Shown here in pieces: positions 1-11,901 of a DNA stretch of 64,000 nucleotides. The translations under genes and the position numbers were made by a program. Origin of the DNA: Octopus vulgaris (taxonomy: Eukaryota); assembly GCA_951406725.2 (NCBI GenBank), contig OX597824.1:73842001-73906000 (forward strand), read 5' to 3'. The notes beneath the pieces are model-generated. The model was not told the origin of the DNA. It did no database searches and worked only from the letters and a program-made list of their open reading frames with translations. Every line of letters starts with the position of its first letter. Within the stretch, counting starts at the first letter, position 1.

Positions 1-152
1 TCGAACAAATCGACCCCGGGACTTATTCTTTGTAAGCCCAGTACTTATTCTATCGGTCTCTTTTGCCGAACCGCTAGGTGACGGGGACGTAAACACACCA
101 GCATCGGTTGTCAAGCAATGCTAGGGAGACCATCACAGACACACAAACACAT

Positions 153-195
<43 letters not shown>

Positions 196-358
196 CGACA
201 GGCTTCTTTCAGTTTCCGTCTACCAAATCCACTCACAAGGCATTGGTCGGCCCGGGGCTATAGCAGAAGACACTTGCCCAAGATGCCACGCAGTGGGACT
301 GAACCCAGAACCATGTGGTTGGTTAGTAAGCTACTTACCACACAGCCACTCCTGCGCC
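1..358 (-). mobile_element. tRNA-derived CORE-like SINE (family A), 3' end outside window
   Basis: Reverse complement of head ggcgcaggagtggctgtgtggtaagtagc...gggttcagtcccactgcgtggcatcttgggcaagtgtc, with internal (TA)n/(CA)n; the family recurs many times in the window. Confidence 0.85.
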
Positions 359-429
359 ATATGTGTCAAAAGAAAACAATATTGTAAACAAAATTGAAAA
401 CAAAATAGTAATTGGTAAGTTTAATGTTT

Positions 430-511
430 TCTTTTGACACATTCTACCAGTATACGAAGTTTCAAATTGTTTAGTTAACTAGAAAATTCCGTCCATCAAA
501 AGGAAAAGATC
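430..511. mobile_element. Terminal remnant of the GGATCTTTTC-TIR MITE family
   Basis: acacattctaccagtatacgaagttt...aaaagatcc matches the right end of the MITE at 39389-39807. Confidence 0.55.
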
Positions 512-748
512 CAGAAGCTTGCTTCCTAACCACATAGTTCGAATCCTCGGCGCCACTGATATGTCCCATGATGACGACGTATTTCGGACCGGTTGATTGT
601 GTCAGTCCACTATTTATTAGTAGTGGACCAGCCCACTTTTCGCCGGGAGGCGTCCACCACAACAGTATGTATGTGCGTGCAGATTTGTATGTTTTATATA
701 TGTATTCCCCTGCATATAGTTGCATATCTAGACATGCTCACATATATT

Positions 749-1004
749 TAAATGATAAACTTCTGGAAAGTTTTACAGATTTTCATAGTTCCAGTGATGG
801 ATTGAATCTGTAGTCTTCGAATTAGCTTTCTCCTTTCTGGTTATGAGAAGCCTAATTCCTCAAGATTGGTATTTAGGCAGTCTCTAACATATCTCATGGC
901 CCCAATAATTACAGATTTAAACCTGAACTTGTAATCTGGATAGAGTAACTGCAGATTTCTCAATAGTTCAGCATAAGTGTTCTCTTTTTCACTGATCTTC
1001 AGCT
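749..1004 (-). mobile_element. R4/Dong-like (RLE-type) LINE, ORF C-terminus fragment
   Basis: Minus frame LKISEKENTYAELLRNLQLLYPDYKFRFKSVIIGAMRYVRDCLNTNLEELGFS*PERRKLIRRLQIQSITGTMKICKTFQKFII* resembles the region after the restriction-like endonuclease K..KY motif; a more decayed copy (ISGTIKICKT) lies at about 1180-1300. Confidence 0.6.
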
Positions 1005-1319
1005 ATATGAATGAATGAATGAATGAATGAATGAATGAATGTATGTATGTATGTATGTATGTATGTATGTATGTATGTATGTATGTATGTATGTTTTTCT
1101 CTTTAGTTTAGAGCAAATTTTGACTGGTCACCTACATGGTAGCATGTAGTGAAAGAAAGCATCTTGTTTTAACCATGACTCTTTAAATGTTAAGGTCTTG
1201 CAGATTTTTATAGTCCCAGATATCATGATCACTTGCTGACTATGAATTAAGGGTTTGCGTTCTCTCCCCAAGATCCTAAGACTAGCCATTCTTTGCTCCA
1301 GACGTATGTATCTAATAAT

Positions 1320-1528
1320 CTTTTCTACTATGGGCACAAGTCCTGAAATTTGTGGGGAGGCGGATAGCCGATTACTTCGATCCCAGTGTTTCACTGGTGC
1401 TTAATTTATCGACTCCGAAAGGATGAAAGGCAAAATCGACCTCAGCGGAATTTGAACTCAGAACGTAAAGACCGACGAAATGCTGCCAAGCATTTCCCCG
1501 GTGTGCTAACGATTCTGCCAGCTCGTCG
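1320..1528 (-). mobile_element. Meta-domain SINE (family C)
   Basis: Minus strand has tRNA-like head, gagttcaaattcc B-box and gcctttcatcctttcggagtcgataaattaagcacc central domain. Confidence 0.75.
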
Positions 1529-1706
1529 TCTTTCACGTATGTATCTAATAATAATACGTGTGAAGCTGAAAGTATATCCTGGGTACTGGATTTACAAACT
1601 TCTTATCAATGGTCAATGCATGCATTTTTGCATGTATGAGTGAATGATTGCCTGTATTTACGCATGTATGTTTGTATGCATGAATATATGTATGCATGCA
1701 AATATA

Positions 1707-1898
1707 GGTGCAGGAGTGGCTGTGTGGGTAGGTGCAGGAGTGGCTGTGTGGTAAGTAGCTTGCTTACCAACCACATCGTTCCGGGTTCAGTCCCACTGCA
1801 TGGCACCTTGGGCAAGTGTCTTCTATTATAGCCTCGGGCCGACCAAAGTCTTGTGAGTGGATTTGGTAGACGGAAACTGAAAGAAGCCCGTCGTATAT

Positions 1899-1957
<59 letters not shown>

Positions 1958-2164
1958 CGTGTGTGTGTTTGTCCCCCTAGCATTGCTTGACAACCGATGC
2001 TGGTGTGTTTATGTCCCCGTTACTTAGCGGTTCGGCAAAGGAGACCGATAGAATAAGTACTGGGCTTACAAAAGAATAATTCCCGGGGTCGAGTTGCTCG
2101 ATTAAAGGCGGTGCTCCAGCATGGCCGCAGTCAAATGACTGAAACAAATAAAAGAGTAAAGAGT
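1707..2164 (+). mobile_element. SINE family A, full length with duplicated head
   Basis: ggtgcaggagtggctgtgtgg occurs twice; B-box ggttcagtccc; internal (TA)n(TG)n; (aaagagta)n tail. Confidence 0.85.
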
Positions 2165-2256
2165 ATATATATATACATGTATGTATGAATGTATATGCTT
2201 GTGTATTTGTAAACATATTTGTATGCATGCATGTATGTATGTATGTATGCATATTG

Positions 2257-2478
2257 ATAGCTCTCTGAAGAAGACCATTTTCGGGTGACGATTATCAGGC
2301 GTCCTGATAACGTGGCCGACTCATCTCAGAAGATGGCATTGGATCATGGCTTCAACGCCGGAGATTCCTGCTTGCTGGAGGATTTCTGTGTAGGAGACCT
2401 TATCTTTCCAAGTAATGCATAAAATTCGTTGGAGACAATGGATGTGAAATATCTCTAGCTTCCTCAAGTAAGAAGTAA
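2257..2478 (-). mobile_element. RTE/BovB-like LINE ORF2 C-terminal fragment
   Basis: Minus frame LRKLEIFHIHCLQRILCITWKDKVSYTEILQQAGISGVEAMIQCHLLR*VGHVIRTPDNRHPKMVFFREL, the typical RTE post-RT domain. Confidence 0.8.
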
Positions 2479-2622
2479 AGCATGTATGTATGTATGTATG
2501 TATGTATGTATGTATGTATGTATGTATGTATGTATGTATGTATGTATGTATGTATGTATGTGTTTGAAAGTGTGATGCCAGTGCACGTGTGTACCTGGAT
2601 GTTTTTATCTATATATAACAAA

Positions 2623-2671
<49 letters not shown>

Positions 2672-2934
2672 TTATTATTATTTATATGTACCAACAAATA
2701 CGTATATATGCATATATATTACTGATTAAAATTTTGAGACGTTGCACACATTTTCACGGCTCTGTCTATAACGTCTAACTTCATCAATGGTTTGGTCTAA
2801 TATTTCGAGAACTTTACGTCATATGACAGCTGCCTGAAGACGGCTGGCAGATACGACGACCGAATTGTCACTTGTCATTATAACAACCAAGATGAGTACA
2901 CTGGCCCGAATATATCAGTCGTACATATAACAAT

Positions 2935-3892
2935 CCTTTCTACTATAAGCACAAGGCCTGAAATTCGAGGGAGGGGGTAAATCGCTTACATCGACCCCAG
3001 TGTGTAATTGGTATTTATTTAATTGATCCCGAAAGGATGAAAGGCAAAATGTACCTCGGTGAAATTTGAACTCAGAACGTTGAGACAGACAAAATACTGC
3101 TAAGCATTTTGCCCGGCGTACTAACGATTCTTTTCACCTACTATAGGCACAAGGGGTGATATTTGGAGGAGGGGGATAGGCAATTTCATCGATCCCAGTG
3201 TTTTACTGGTACTTAATTTATCAATCCCGAAAGGATGAAAGGCAAAGTCGACCTCGGCGGAATTTGAACTCAGAACGTAACGGCAAACAAAATACCTATT
3301 TCTTTACTACCCACAAGGGGCTAAACACAGAGAGGACAAACACGGACAGACAAAAGGATTAAGTCGATTATATCGACCCCAGTGCGTAACTGGTACTTAA
3401 TTTATCGACCCCGAAGGGATGAAAGGCAAAGTCGACCTCGGCGGAATTTGAACTCCGAACGCAGCGGCAGACGAAATACCTATTTCTTTACTACCCACAA
3501 GGGGCTAAACACAGAGAGGACAAACAAGGACAGACAAAAGGATTAAGTCGATTATATCGACCCCAGTGCGTAACTGGTACTTAATTTATCGACCCCGAAG
3601 GGATGAAAGGTAAAGTCGACCCCGGCGGAATTTGTACTCCGAACGTAGCGACAGACGAAATACCTATTTCTTTACTACCCACAAGGGGCTAAACATAGAG
3701 GGGACAAACAAGGACAGACATAGGTATTAAGTCGATTACATCGATCCCAGTGCGTAGCTGGTACTAATTTAATCGACCCCGAAAGGATGAAAGGCAAAGT
3801 CGACCTCGGCGGAATTTGAACTCAGAACGTAGCGGCAGACGAAATACCGCTAAGCATTTCGCCCAGCGTGGTAATGATTCTGCTGGTTCGCT
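2935..3892 (-). mobile_element. Head-to-tail array of Meta-domain SINE units (about 5)
   Basis: Repeated gaaaggatgaaaggcaaagtcgacctcggcggaatttgaactc; the core units recur at about 181-bp spacing. Confidence 0.85.
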
Positions 3893-5214
3893 ATCTTAGT
3901 CATACATATAATAATGATACATGCTTAATAGAAATTCTAACCAAATGCGTGCATATATCTGTAAGTTTATTTTATTTTCCTGAGATTTAAATAAATTCTT
4001 CGCAGATTCCAAACATGTCACTAACAAAATGACAAGTCTCCTTTGTTTGAATGAAAACATTTTCACGAATATGTAAATATCTGAGTGAGTGTTACATGTA
4101 TACACATAGACAAATATAGCTGTATCAAATCTCATGCAACATAAACTCTTGGTTTATTAAGATTATCTCCGCCTCCAGAGGATGTGTCATAATTACCAGA
4201 TGGTATTGAAGACTAGCTCCAGATGAGAAGGGGAGAATAACTCAAAAATTGGAATCCCATTAAAGAAAAGAACAGGCTTATTGTCTGAAGATAAGAAGAC
4301 AGTCGTATACTCGTATTCCTGCCTCAATAGACGCCGTCAGCATGCCGATCGTTCTAACTTGTCTCCAACAGCCAAGTGACAAAAACATATTCAGGTAATG
4401 TGCATAGCTTAAACCAAAATGTGCCAAGAGAAATAATTCAGTGGCCAGTGGGATTTATTTGAACAACAAATAACACTGCATCAAATATCAATCAACGAAA
4501 ATTTTATGGTTTAATATTCTCATAATATTTCAGAAAAACAAAAAAAAAAGACCTTTTTCCAAATAAAAGATGTTATTACATCAGTAAATCTCTTCATTGT
4601 TCTACGAGGTTGTGTCTCCTTTTTCTCTCTGGAACTTATTCATTTTATATTTATTGTATCGACCGTGTGATCTACTAAGGAACCACTCACGTCACCCTCG
4701 CATCGCACAGTCCTTACAAACCCCCAGAAATTTCTTATTATCAGGAAACCATATCGAAATGTTTCTAGGAATATTAAACTACGTACGTCAGTTTATACTA
4801 TATCATAATCTTTGTTTATGGCTATGTGCTTAGGAAATTCCCTCTCCAACCGTGCAGTTTCTGGTTCAATCTCAAGTATGATCCCGGGCCAATCAAAGCT
4901 TTATGAGTGAATTTGGTAGATGGAAACCGTATGGAAGCCCATGCAAGTGGCACGTTAATTTCACGAGCAGGCTGCTCCGTTGATCGGATTAACTTGAACC
5001 CTCGTCGTCGTAATCGACGGAGTGTCAAAATATGCTCATGTATTTACAATATACGTTAATGTTCTTGAAGTTTATTGAAGCCGGTTACTAGCAAAACAAC
5101 AAAGCATTCTTCATACACTGCTTCTGGCATTCCTAAAAATATGCATGTGAGTACATATTTGTAAATTGGTATGTGTTTGCTTACATGCATATATATATGT
5201 GTATATGTATAAAT

Positions 5215-5599
5215 GTGGAGGCGCAATGGCCCAGTGGTTAGGGCAGCGGACTCGCGATCATAGGATCGCGGTTTCGATTCCCAGACCGGGCGTAATGAGT
5301 GTTTATTGAGCGAAAACACCTAAAGCTCCACGAGGCTCCGGCAGGGGATGGTGGTGATCCCTGCTGTACTCTTTCACCACAACTTTCTCTCATTCTTACT
5401 TCCTGTTTCTGTTGTACCTGTATTTCAAAGGGCCGGCCTTGTCACTCTCTGTGTCACGCTGAATATCCCCGAGAACTACGTTAAGGGTACACGTGTCTGT
5501 GGAGTGCTCAGCCACTTACACGTTAATTTCACGAGCAGGCTGTTCCGTTGATTCGGATCAACCGGAACCCTCGTCGTCGTAACCGACGGAGTGCTTCCC
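5215..5599 (+). mobile_element. tRNA-Arg-like SINE (family B) with TSD
   Basis: Head tggcccagtgg (A-box) and gtttcgattcc (B-box); flanked by atatgtataaat at 5203-5214 and 5600-5611. Confidence 0.85.
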
Positions 5600-5859
5600 A
5601 TATGTATAAATACACGCATGGTTGTATTTTGCGCATCTGTGGCTTTCTAATAACAGATGAAAGCGCATAACATGTACATGAAGCTAGTACTGTAAGCAGA
5701 TATTCTGCGTAGCAGCGGATATCTATAACGTATATTGTCAGCTAATGATCTTATCGCTATGAGACAATATGTAAGATTTTTAGTAGCAAATGTTTACTTA
5801 CGTATAGATACAAACACCCTCCCCACCACATACGTATGTACATACATACATACATATAC

Positions 5860-6102
5860 TTTTATTCTTTTACTTGTTTCAGTCATTTGAGCGCGGTCAT
5901 ACCGGAGCACCGCCTTGAAGGGTTTTTAGTCGAACAAATCGACACCAGGACTTATTCTTCGTAAGCCTAGTACTTATCCAACCGGTTTCTTTTGCCGAGT
6001 CTGCTAATTTATGGGGACATAAACACACCAACACCGGTTGTCAACCGGTGGTGGTGGAAAACACAGACATAAAGACACACACACATAGATGCACACACAC
6101 AT

Positions 6103-6150
<48 letters not shown>
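5860..6150 (-). mobile_element. SINE family A, 3' half
   Basis: tacttgtttcagtcatttga...gcaccgcc...aaacacaccaacaccggttgtc followed by (CA)n. Confidence 0.7.
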
Positions 6151-6156
<6 letters not shown>

Positions 6157-6499
6157 ACACAAGTACAACCATAAGAGAGCTTGATTCGGTTTAATGCGAC
6201 TTGTTCATGTCGTAAGAATTCAGAAATTTTGAGACGCGAAATAAATATTTTTTCTCTTATTTCAGTGGAACGTGAAATAGATAAAGCTATAAATAATAGC
6301 GTATAACTTTTGAGTTAAAAATTCTTAGATGGAAAAAAAAAAAACCCAAAAAACAAGGGTAGCCTCTGACATTTCCCTCCGAGGGATTTTTTAAACCCGA
6401 TATTTACATGCCATTATTTATAGCTCTATCTATTTCGCGTTCCACCTTCATAAAATAATGGCGGTATGTTATGCATACTGTTTTTATTTGTCGGATTGG

Positions 6500-6750
6500 T
6501 ATCTTTATTTCCATTGTTGATTCCACTACGTTTCAGCTGTTATACGCTCAAGCCTTTTTCGGGTGTCTTGTGTTGAACTTAGTTGTTGCATCGGAATTTC
6601 AAACTTAACCTTTTATTTGATCGATGGGAGAACACTGTTCTCATTCCGCTCTCTGCGTTTCGTGACATTTTTATTTTACTTCAGTTCATTTTTTATTTTT
6701 TTTTGTTGTGAATTACCTTGGTGTCTTGCCTGGGATTGAACTCAGAATAC
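6500..6750 (-). mobile_element. Decayed copy of the tRNA-head + hammerhead element (see 62797-63225)
   Basis: Same module order: acgtttcagctg...agcctttttcgggtgtcttg, gaatttcaaac, ttctcattcc, T-rich spacer, gcctgggattgaactcagaat. Confidence 0.55.
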
Positions 6751-6803
6751 ACACACATGCACACACGATTTTAATCACCTTACTTTGAAATTATATATGT
6801 ATA

Positions 6804-7199
6804 CTAGCAGTATCGCCCGGCGTTGCTCGGGTTTGTAAGGGAAATAACTATATAAGCATTTTTAGAGATGTAAAGTATAATAGCCATCTCAATATGGCTA
6901 AACACAAAAGTGGGGTGTTACTGTAGCTTTTTAAGTTCTGAGATTTAATAATACATTTTTAGAGAGTTACTTCCCTTATATGATTGCAAAAAAATGCGTT
7001 AAAAATGGGAAAAAATGATGGTAATTTTTTTTTTTAATCGTAGACTCATCATAGACGCGCGCTACTACCCAGAAGGGCTCGATATGAATCACGACTATAA
7101 GATACCCGGTTTTGGTTAAACTGCACCGCAAAATGTGGGAGTAGTTAGGAATCTAAATCGTAGGAGACAGACACACAACTTCTCTTTTATATATAAAGA
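6804..7199 (-). mobile_element. Non-autonomous Helitron
   Basis: Minus strand begins TC(tttatatataaaa) and ends with hairpin cccgagcaacgccggg + CTAG; inserted between A and T, no TSD. Confidence 0.8.
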
Positions 7200-7513
7200 T
7201 AGATATATATCAATAATACAGTGATTGTTTCTTATCAGGAACAAAATGTTTAATAGGACTGCTATAGAAGTGCTCAATTAAATGAGACAAATATATATAA
7301 ACTATTGTTGCAGAACAAACAAATACAAGGTCATCCACGTAACATTTCATATCTCGAACATTTAATCACATAATGCTTTTTCTTTCAGATAGAATACACA
7401 TGTTTAACATCACGGAAGATGAAACATAACTCATCAGTACAAGCATGTAAGAAAATGCAAGAAAAATGTGTGAATACAGTTCATCACGGTTAAAAGTTAA
7501 TACTTTAGCGATT

Positions 7514-7728
7514 TATCTGTAAATATAATATGTGACTATTATTCGGTAGCCATGATAAAACTTCGAGTTTCGGAAAGTCGGAGCGGAAATCCACGCCGGC
7601 ACCTCTTCAGTTATCGGGTCCGATAACTGAAGAGATGCCGGTGTGGGTTTCCGCCCCGACTTTCCGAAACTCGGAGTTTTATCATGGCTACCGAATAATA
7701 GTCACATATATTATTATATTTACAGATA
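7514..7728. repeat. About 215-bp near-perfect palindrome, each arm carrying a hammerhead motif
   Basis: Centre gttatcgg-gt-ccgataac at 7618-7619; arms of about 105 bp with few mismatches. Confidence 0.9.
7622..7683 (+). ncRNA. Type-I hammerhead ribozyme candidate (mirror copy on - strand about 7556-7616)
   Basis: GATAA-CTGAAGA-(32-nt stem II)-GAAA-CTCGGAG-TT-TTATC; stem I GATAA/TTATC; near-palindromic stem III. Confidence 0.55.
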
Positions 7729-7747
7729 TATATATATATATATATAT

Positions 7748-8391
7748 AACAAAAGGGACATTAGCCATTTGAATGTGGCTAGGGACAGAGCAGGGCGATG
7801 GGGGTGTTACTGTTGCATTTAGCCCCAGGCGAACATCAACGTCACCAGAAAGGCTTGACACCATCACGGCGTCCTCTATCCTGCAAAGGGAGATCATCCA
7901 CCGAAGAAGCGGAAGCCACATACGGACCCAGGTTTCGAGGTGTTTGCCTCTCGTCAACGTATGGTAGGCACTGCCCTTCGATGAACGACTCTCTGTGCAG
8001 GATATTTATATAAAGATTTTCACGTAAATACATTTACTGATTTCGAAAATCTGTTCGACAGCAATAATAATTCTCTAAACGAGATATAGACAGTAACTGC
8101 TCCATAACAAAAGGGACATTAGCCATTTGAATGTGGCTAGGGACAGGGCAGGGCGGTGGGGGTGTTACTGTTGCATTTAGCCCCAGGCGAACATCAACGT
8201 CACTCGTTCATCGCAGGGCGGTGCCTACCATACGTTGACGAGAGGCAAACACCTCGAAACCTGGGTCCGTATATGGCTTCCGCTTCTTCGGTGGATGATC
8301 TCCCTTTGCAGGATAGAGGACGCCGTGATGGTGTCAAGCCTTTCTGGTGACGTTGATGTTCGCCTGGGGCTAAATGCAACAGTAACACCCC
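7748..8391. mobile_element. Penelope-pLTR-like repeat in direct and inverted copies
   Basis: 7748-7990 is partly repeated at 8105-8203 and inverted at 8204-8391; hammerhead motif in both long copies. Confidence 0.6.
8228..8276 (+). ncRNA. Type-I hammerhead candidate with U3 core variant (second copy on - strand 7916-7964)
   Basis: CCATACG-TTGACGA-GAGG caaaca CCTC-GAAA-CCTGGG-TC-CGTAT(A/G)TGG; GUC cleavage triplet. Confidence 0.65.
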
Positions 8392-8417
8392 GTTTAGAGA
8401 ATTATTATTGCTATATA

Positions 8418-8921
8418 TCTATATATATAAAACTCTAGTTGTGTGAGTGTCTGTCCCCTTCGATTTAGATTCCTAACTCCTCCCACATTTTGCGGTGCAG
8501 TTTAACCAAATTCGGGTATCTTATAGTCGTGATTCATATCGAGCCCGTCTGACTATTAGCGCGCGTCAACGATGAGTCTACGATTTTAAAAATAATTTAA
8601 CATCATTTTTTATTCCATTTTAATGCATAAAATGCATCGTGTGTCGATGGCGGCGGAGTTGGCGTCCACGCTCACAGCTGCACCTGTTTGCTTCTCCCCT
8701 TCCCTCCCTCGTGAAGCTGTGGGGAAGGGAGTGTAAAGAAATCAACGTCGTAATGCGTTGTGAAGGAAACCAGCGTTCTTTTAGAACAACGACTTCATGG
8801 CTTGAAGACACCAAAACAAAAATGGCTAAGAAAGCCCGAATTTATAAGGGAAGTAACTCTCTAAAAATGCTTATATAGTTATTTCCCTTACAAACCCGAG
8901 CAACGCCGGGCGATACTGCTA

Positions 8922-8922
<1 letters not shown>
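8418..8922 (+). mobile_element. Non-autonomous Helitron with extra internal segment
   Basis: A|TCtatatatataaaact...cccgagcaacgccgggcgatactgCTAG|T; homologous to 54189-54494 plus about 200 bp of unshared interior. Confidence 0.8.
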
Positions 8923-8953
<31 letters not shown>

Positions 8954-9120
8954 TTTGATAGGTTTCGGCCATTATCGGCCCAGGCCATGTCTAACTTAAT
9001 AGCACCACCATATAATTGTTTTTACACAATTCCTAATAATATTTAATTATAAAAACATAGCAAGACTTTTTTTGAAGTATAAAATGGCTACGAAGATCCC
9101 TTAGAATAAAATACGAATCA

Positions 9121-9690
9121 AGGGGCAGGGCACGAATTTTTTTCCCACGAGAGTTCTGGACCCCAGTTATGAACTCGTTTGCATACAGCCAATCAGAGCT
9201 CAACTATCAAACTAATTTATGGGCGCATAATAAGTGATGGGTGATAAGATAAGGTCACTTGGGTAAGGAATGACCATGCTTCTTTTTCTCTTTTGATAAT
9301 GCTTGTTCTTGTTCTTGTTTCAACCATGGCTGCCTCTGCGTAGTTATTTGTGTTGTTGTTTACTTGTAAAACAGTAAGGGGAGAGGGTTGCTAGCACATC
9401 ATCCTCTACCCACATTTTTCCCATCCACATCTTTACCATATGGGGCCCCTAACAAAATCCGATAATAGGTATAGATGCAAATCTATCCAATTACTTGTCC
9501 CCTTCTAAAATCAGCCATAACTTGGCGATCGGTCGACTTACAACACCGTTCTTCGTCTCGAGCTTACTTTGTAGAGTGTGTTTGTTAACTTGACAACAAG
9601 TTCAAGGTGGGCTCTGATTGGCTGTATGCAAATGAGTTCATTACTGGCGTCCGGATTTGTCGTGGGAAAAAAATTTCGCGGACGGGGCAG
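9121..9690. mobile_element. MITE-like element with about 70-bp imperfect inverted repeats
   Basis: aattttttcccacga...gaactcgtttgcatacagccaatcagagc (9135-9200) is inverted at 9612-9677. Confidence 0.6.
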
Positions 9691-10577
9691 AGGTAAAAAA
9701 TGGTTGAGAAATACTGATCTATAGGAATAGAAGGTGTTGGGTTGGCTGAAAGCATACGCGCGTAAATATAAGTAAACATACAAACACTGTGGTAGCGAAG
9801 TAGACAAACATGTTTGTATTTCAATGCACACAAGTGTATTTTATTTACACTCACACACACATAAACACTACACAGTTATCATTTCTATTTATAATACATT
9901 TACATGGAATAAAATTAATCTAAAAATTAGCTCAATCGCCAAAGACTAATACACGCCCTCATGCAGCCAGGCACGCGCGCACACACACACACACACACAT
10001 ATACATACACAGAGGCACACACACACTCACACACGTGTGTGCGTAATGAACTTTGGGACTTCATTTACGATATTTAGGGTTCATATTATCTGGCATTACA
10101 TATATAATGTCATCATGCTATATATACTTTATATGTATATATATATATGTGTATGTGTATGCGTGTGTGCGTGTGTATGTATATTTGCGTAAATTTATAT
10201 ATATATATATATATATACATAACACATATATATAATTATACACACACACACGCACGCACTTGTGCTGATGGAATAAAACAGACGACACTCGATCAACAAA
10301 GTTATTAATCAACATATATTATACACTTCGTCCCTTATCGAGTTTGATGGATATTTTGATGAGTGCCACTATACAACTCACGATTTAGCAGCGAAAGTTG
10401 TTAATTATGCGGCTATAAATTAATAGGTTTAAGGAACAGGTAAATCTGTACTACATATGTTTCCAAGAACAGCGGAACATGTGTTACGTAACTTAGCGTT
10501 GTAACATATATATTAGGTTTGACTTACTTTCACGCAATTTTACCTGCGGTTTACAAGTTCAGTGTCGCAAGGTTTCA

Positions 10578-10764
10578 GATTTTGGTACAAGGCCAACAGT
10601 TTCTGGGGCGGGGTAAGTTTATCCCATTAGTTCTATTGTGTAACTGGTACTTAATTTAGCGACCTCGAAAAGGTGAAAGGCAAAGTCGACCTCGGAGCTA
10701 AAATCAGAAGAAATGCCGCCAAACATTTTCCCGGTGCGGTAACGATTCTGCCAGCTCGCCACCT
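10578..10764 (-). mobile_element. Meta-domain SINE, decayed
   Basis: taactggtacttaattt...aaaggcaaagtcgacctcgg...ctgccagctcgccacc. Confidence 0.65.
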
Positions 10765-10799
10765 TAAAATAGCAGAAAGAAATATTAATACAAATTTTA

Positions 10800-11078
10800 A
10801 AACGTGTGCGAAATATAAATAATCTACATTCGCATTCCAATAACACTGAATGGTTTCCAAGTTCTTATATCTGTTTCTTGTTGTGACCAATTCAGAAGGC
10901 AAAATACAAATGTTGCGGAAGGTACGGAGAAAGTGTTCTGGACAAATATATTTGTTGTAGATGGATTCTAAGCGATGCTACTTTCTTTGTTCTCTTGAAA
11001 TATTCATTTCTTGATAACAATTTGTCTATGGATCTATTGCATCTGACATTGTCACCTTGTCCAAGATACCTATAGTAC
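10800..11078 (-). mobile_element. R4/Dong-like LINE post-RT fragment, decayed
   Basis: Minus strand with frameshifts: YYRYLGQGDN...NEYFKRTKKV...YNKYI..QNTFSVP...DIRTWK...NANVDYLY. Confidence 0.5.
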
Positions 11079-11478
11079 TACAGTGTATGTATGTATGTAT
11101 GTATGTATGTATGTATGTATGTATGTATGTACGTTTGTGAGCATGTGAGTGTGTGCAACTTGTTTGTATAAACTAATGAATATATGTATGAATGTATCTA
11201 CCCACATATAAGTGTATGTGTGTTTGCTTACGTAGCATATTTGCACACGCTTTTATGCATACAAACATAGATATAAACATATACATACATACATATATAC
11301 ATATAGGTATGCATGAACATTATATTCATATACATAATATACATAATATATGTGTGTATGTGTGTATGTCTGTGTGCTGTTTGTATATATGCATTTTCGC
11401 GTGGCCCTATGTGTATGTATTTGACTTGTTTTATATATGTATATAAACATAAAACATATACATAGTTACACACACACA

Positions 11479-11516
<38 letters not shown>

Positions 11517-11746
11517 TACTAATGGAATAAAGCAGACGACACTCGATCAACAAAGTTTATTAATCAGCATATGGTATACCCTTATGTGTGTAAGTATATA
11601 CATATTTATGTGAGCATAAGTATATAAGCTGTGTGCGTATATTTTTGTTTGCATGTGTGCACCCGTCGACTTCGAGTATATTATTTGGGTATGTGGTATT
11701 TCCTATATATGTGAGTACCTAATGAAAGAATGACTGAAAGACAGAG

Positions 11747-11789
<43 letters not shown>

Positions 11790-11869
11790 TGAGGGGGAAG
11801 TAAATAGAAAGAGAAACAGGGATGGGTCACGTGGGAGTGAGAGACATTACCATTGGTGCATTCATAACA

Positions 11870-11901
<32 letters not shown>

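Noticed and set aside
118-387. Recurrent ORFs with RRASFSFRLPNPLTR / YQIHSQG
   Set aside because: Antisense frames of SINE family A
5215-5295. Bona fide tRNA gene (also 63006-63080)
   Set aside because: Continues into a repeat body with TSD; no proper acceptor stem or terminator, so it is a SINE head
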